The position numbers and the translations under genes were made by a program. The notes under the pieces were generated by a model, which was not told where the DNA came from, did not search any database, and saw only the letters and a program-made list of their open reading frames with translations. A stretch of DNA of 63,096 nucleotides, counting the filler, from Reclinomonas americana ATCC 50394 (Eukaryota): NCBI GenBank assembly GCA_048213135.1. It is 37 parts of 37 records of this genome, joined end to end, with 100 filler letters (N's around TTAATTAATTAA, not from the genome) between each part and the next. Parts side by side here need not be neighbours in the genome. Positions count along the whole stretch, not along the records: positions 59,791 to 61,392 come from AFZH01025405.1; positions 61,493 to 63,096 come from AFZH01025406.1; 35 more parts are not named here. One strand, written 5' to 3'. Position 1 is the first letter of the stretch. Each line of letters opens with the position of its first letter. Shown one piece after another: positions 59,925 through 63,096 of this stretch.

Positions 59925-61111
59925 GGAGCCAAGGCTGGGCGTGAGTCACCCTCCGCGCCTGTGAGCGCACAGAGTGACGATGGAGGGCGAGGAGGCTCGT
60001 CGCCCTTCACTGACTCGCTGCTGCTCTCCTCCTCCTCCTCCTCTGTGGGGAGTGGAGTGGGCACGCATCGATCGGCGGGCGGAGTGCGCACAGCGGCAAC
60101 AGCAGCTGCGCATCTGGCCAGCTCATCAGTGGGCGGGGTGCCGCAGCAGACACACAAGCTCAATGAGGCGTGGAACTTGACTGTGCGCGATGAGTCGCTG
60201 CTGCAGGTCTGTGTGTCTTTGTGAGAGAGACACGGACGCGTGCGCATGCGGGAGATGTTGATTGTGTGGAGCAGGATGACGCCGATCTGCAGCATCTTGC
60301 TCGCCTGCAGCAGGTGCGCGCGGCTTGCTTGCTTGCCGTGTTGCGCACATGGCCTTCTTGTCACTGATAACCTTCTTGTATGTATGTGACAGGGTCAACC
60401 GGTGCTTCCACAGACTCTGCAGCGCAGCTGGAAGGACCTGTTCTTCACCCCGCGCGCTCCGTCACCCTCGGACCCGACCATTCCGCGACTGGACTTTGTC
60501 GCTCTGGCCCGACTGTGTGCCGACTACCAGCAGTACGTGGTCGCCGCTGCACAGCAGCTGGCCACGCGACAGGTGGAGGTGGCCAGGCACATTGCGCGAT
60601 CGGAGCAGCAGCTGGTGCGCACGGTGCCCAAGTTCCAGCGCACGGCACAGGAGCTGACGCACGCTGCCGACTTGCTCAAGTGCAGTTACGTAGTCGTTGC
60701 ATATTTCTCTCTCTCGCGCGCGCACGTTGACTTATAGGGCTGTGTGCAGTCGACGCGGTGCACGAGGATATTGATTTCATCCAGCGGGAACTTAGCGATC
60801 TCATGGAGTCCATCACCACGCTGGAGCTTACGTGGGGCGATCAGTACGACCTGCCACGACTTGGACCGCCTCCGCTGTTGCGTCCGCTCGAGGAGGAATA
60901 CAGTGGCGACGGTGGCGATGTGGACGAGGCCGATGAGCCGTCAAGTCGCGGAGAAGAGGAGTTCGACGTTGACGATGAGGAGGTGTACACCAACGAAGAT
61001 GGTGCCGATGGCGAAGAAGAAGAAGGAGGAGGAGAGCACGAAGGAAGAGGAGGAGAGGAAGAGCAGCATGCACCACAAGCGACGTCGACCGAACACGAAC
61101 AGGACGAGTAA
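59925..61111 (+). CDS. BORCS5 (myrlysin/LOH12CR1)-like protein with acidic tail, 3' part
   Basis: LARLQQ..PVL...RLDFVALARLCADYQQYVVAAAQQLATRQVEVARHI...IDAVHEDIDFIQREL..LE..W...LPRL follows the BORCS5 pattern; 5' boundary approximate. Confidence 0.6.
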
Positions 61112-61151
61112 ACTGTCCTTGTCGGTTTAAGGAAGCACGCGCGAGAAGAGG

Positions 61152-61364
61152 ATGAGCAGCAAGAGCGCGACTGGTGGTCAGTCTCCGTATGCGGAGAGTT
61201 TGTCTGCAGAGGCACTGCGTGCGCGTCGCTCGCGCAACCCGAACTTGCGCAACACGTTTGCGACCGTGTTCTCACGTGGAGAGGATAAGCCGCTGCTGGA
61301 GCATGCCAAGACGGAGAAGAGGGAGTTTGTGTCGCATGCCGATCTCAAGAGATCGATGATTAAG
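61152..61364 (+). CDS. First exon of an unknown protein
   Basis: ATG 40 nt after the previous stop; ends AAG|GTCGGG. Confidence 0.4.
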
Positions 61365-61492
61365 GTCGGGGGAAGGGAAGGGGAGGAGGAGGNNNNNNNN
61401 NNNNNNNNNNNNNNNNNNNNNNNNNNNNNNNNNNNNTTAATTAATTAANNNNNNNNNNNNNNNNNNNNNNNNNNNNNNNNNNNNNNNNNNNN

Positions 61493-61949
61493 GCCTTGCG
61501 CGCCTTGCGTCGGACCTTCTCGCACGAGTCGTGGGCCATGGCCTCCAGCGCCTCGACAATGTCGGCCTCGCGCGATCGCGGGGCTCCGTCGCACAACGTG
61601 TGCAGGACCATCTTGCGCACGTCGTCGTTGGGGTCGGTCGTCGCCATCTCAATCAACCGGTCCCAGAAGGCCTGCGAGGCGTCCGGGGTCGACGTCTCGC
61701 GCCACACCTGGGTTTGAGGAGAAGAGAGTGAGGGAGAGGGGAGGGGAAGGGGAGCGAAGAGGAGGAGGAGGCGCAACATGACACGGGCACAGCTCCTTGA
61801 CCGCGCGCTGTGGAGATTGTAAGAAAAAGAGGTGGCAGAAAAGAGTTGTCTCTGGCGAGTTCACGAACCCTCCTCGTCGCTGCGTCGTCTGCAAACGTCA
61901 GCTGCAGCGATGCCTCAACCTGGCTCTCATCTCGCGAACAGAATGCCAT
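61493..61949 (-). CDS. Small HEAT-repeat protein with CPCH and LCDG motifs, three exons, 3'-truncated
   Basis: Spliced ...RRAVKELCPCH|VWRE...FWDRLIEMATTDPNDDVRKMVLHTLCDGAP...DSCEKVRRKARK. Confidence 0.7.
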
Positions 61950-62555
61950 TCTTTTTGCACCTTTGGTTGCCTTGGCGCACCACGAAAAGAAAATAGAAAA
62001 AGGTTGTGTCGCGCGAACGATTGACGGGTTTTGTCGTGGAAACAGGGGCCGAAAATGGACTCTGGCGATTATTTTTGCTCCTCGGCGCCACAAGTGCCAT
62101 GTGGCAGGTGTAGGGAGGGTTTGGGAAAGGGGAGGGGAAAGGGAGGATGTAAGAGGCTGTTTTCCTTGCAATTCCCCGCTTGCAAAAGACAGCAGACACG
62201 GACTGCTCGAAGTGGGAACAATCAACAGCACGAAATGCATGCCTCGAGCGCGGTGCTTTTGCAGCTCAGCTGAAGGCTTCTTTCCCACCAGTGTGGCTCT
62301 TCTATTATCCCTCACTCCGCTCAGAAAACCCCCCAGGAACCCCACAATGGAGACAGTGCGAATTGAATGCTGCAGTATCGTATTCTGACTCGGTGCAACT
62401 CAGTTTTCTTCCCCTCCTTACTTCAGTGTGCCTCTTCTCTCTCCCTGCGCATTCTGCAAAGAAAACCCTGACTCGTCGACTCATTCACGTGCAAAAAAGT
62501 AATCGCCTAGTGTTACACTCCGTGCAGAGTTTTTCCCTTTCCCCCACCGTCTCAA

Positions 62556-63096
62556 TCGTCTCCCATCAAATTTCGTGAGAGCGAATCATCGAAGAGCTCC
62601 GCAAAATCGTCTGCAGCACCCCCCTTGTCAGTCATCAACCCAAAGCAAGCAAGTGTGCGGTGCCACATACCGTCGACTTCGAGGCTGATGAGTGAGCGGT
62701 TGTCGCCAAGTGCGTCGGCCAATAGCCTCGCGCCCTCCGCGGTGATGCCGTTGCCTGTTGTAGGATAAGGGAGTGAAAGTGAGAAGCTCGTCAGGCGTTG
62801 GTCATTGCAGCTTCGCGCCACTCACCGGTCAAATCGAGAGACGTCAGTGAGGAATTTGTGCGCACGGCGCCGGCCAGTGATGCGGCACACGAAGAACCGA
62901 GAGCAGCGTCTGCACAAAAAGCAGCGGAATGGTAAGGAGAGAGAGGCACGCAGGAAAATGATATTCTCGCAACGCAACTGCCCAGCGACAGCGTCCGCAG
63001 TGACGAAGACTGTGTCAGCAAACTCGCCACGGCATCCACGCACGACGGGCCGAGTTCATTGTCGGCCAGGTCGAGGTGGGTGAGGGAGTGGTTGGC
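62556..63096 (-). CDS. RNI-like (NLRC3/CARMIL-type) leucine-rich repeat protein, internal exons
   Basis: NHSLTHLDLADNELG, SSLRTLSLG, NSSLTSLDLT|GNGITAEGARLLADALGDNRSLISL. Confidence 0.85.

Overview
This is not a contiguous locus. It is 37 short contigs (about 1.60-1.64 kb, roughly size-sorted, plus one of 1164 bp) joined by an artificial 100-nt linker, N44-TTAATTAATTAA-N44. TACG runs at contig ends suggest 454-type reads. Most contigs come from an intron-rich, microsatellite-rich, compact-genome microbial eukaryote, probably flagellated because a CFAP73/CCDC42-like gene is present; I cannot name the species. Recognisable partial spliced genes include a pepsin/cathepsin D-like protease, ankyrin-PH, F-box, BET-type bromodomain, RING-H2, DDX20-like helicase (two near-identical copies), AASS (LKR/SDH), RasGAP, Furry-like, BORCS5-like, TRP-like membrane, HEAT and RNI-like LRR proteins, and many repetitive cell-surface proteins (Ig/IPT-like, cadherin-like+EGF, H-type-lectin-like+EGF). 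Two contigs look bacterial (Rieske oxygenase + aldehyde dehydrogenase; actinobacterial lipoprotein + two-component system) and are probably co-sequenced bacteria. The most striking pattern is a recurrent atypical 5' splice-site class, /GTTGCG (the common /GTGCG donor with one extra T), in at least 12 hand-reconstructed introns. Also notable are microexons, an intron-containing bacterial-type AAA/PD-(D/E)XK gene, bacterial-type cadherin-like domains fused to EGF, and several small repeat or inverted-repeat elements. All family calls are from motif recognition by eye; no searches were run, and exon models are manual.
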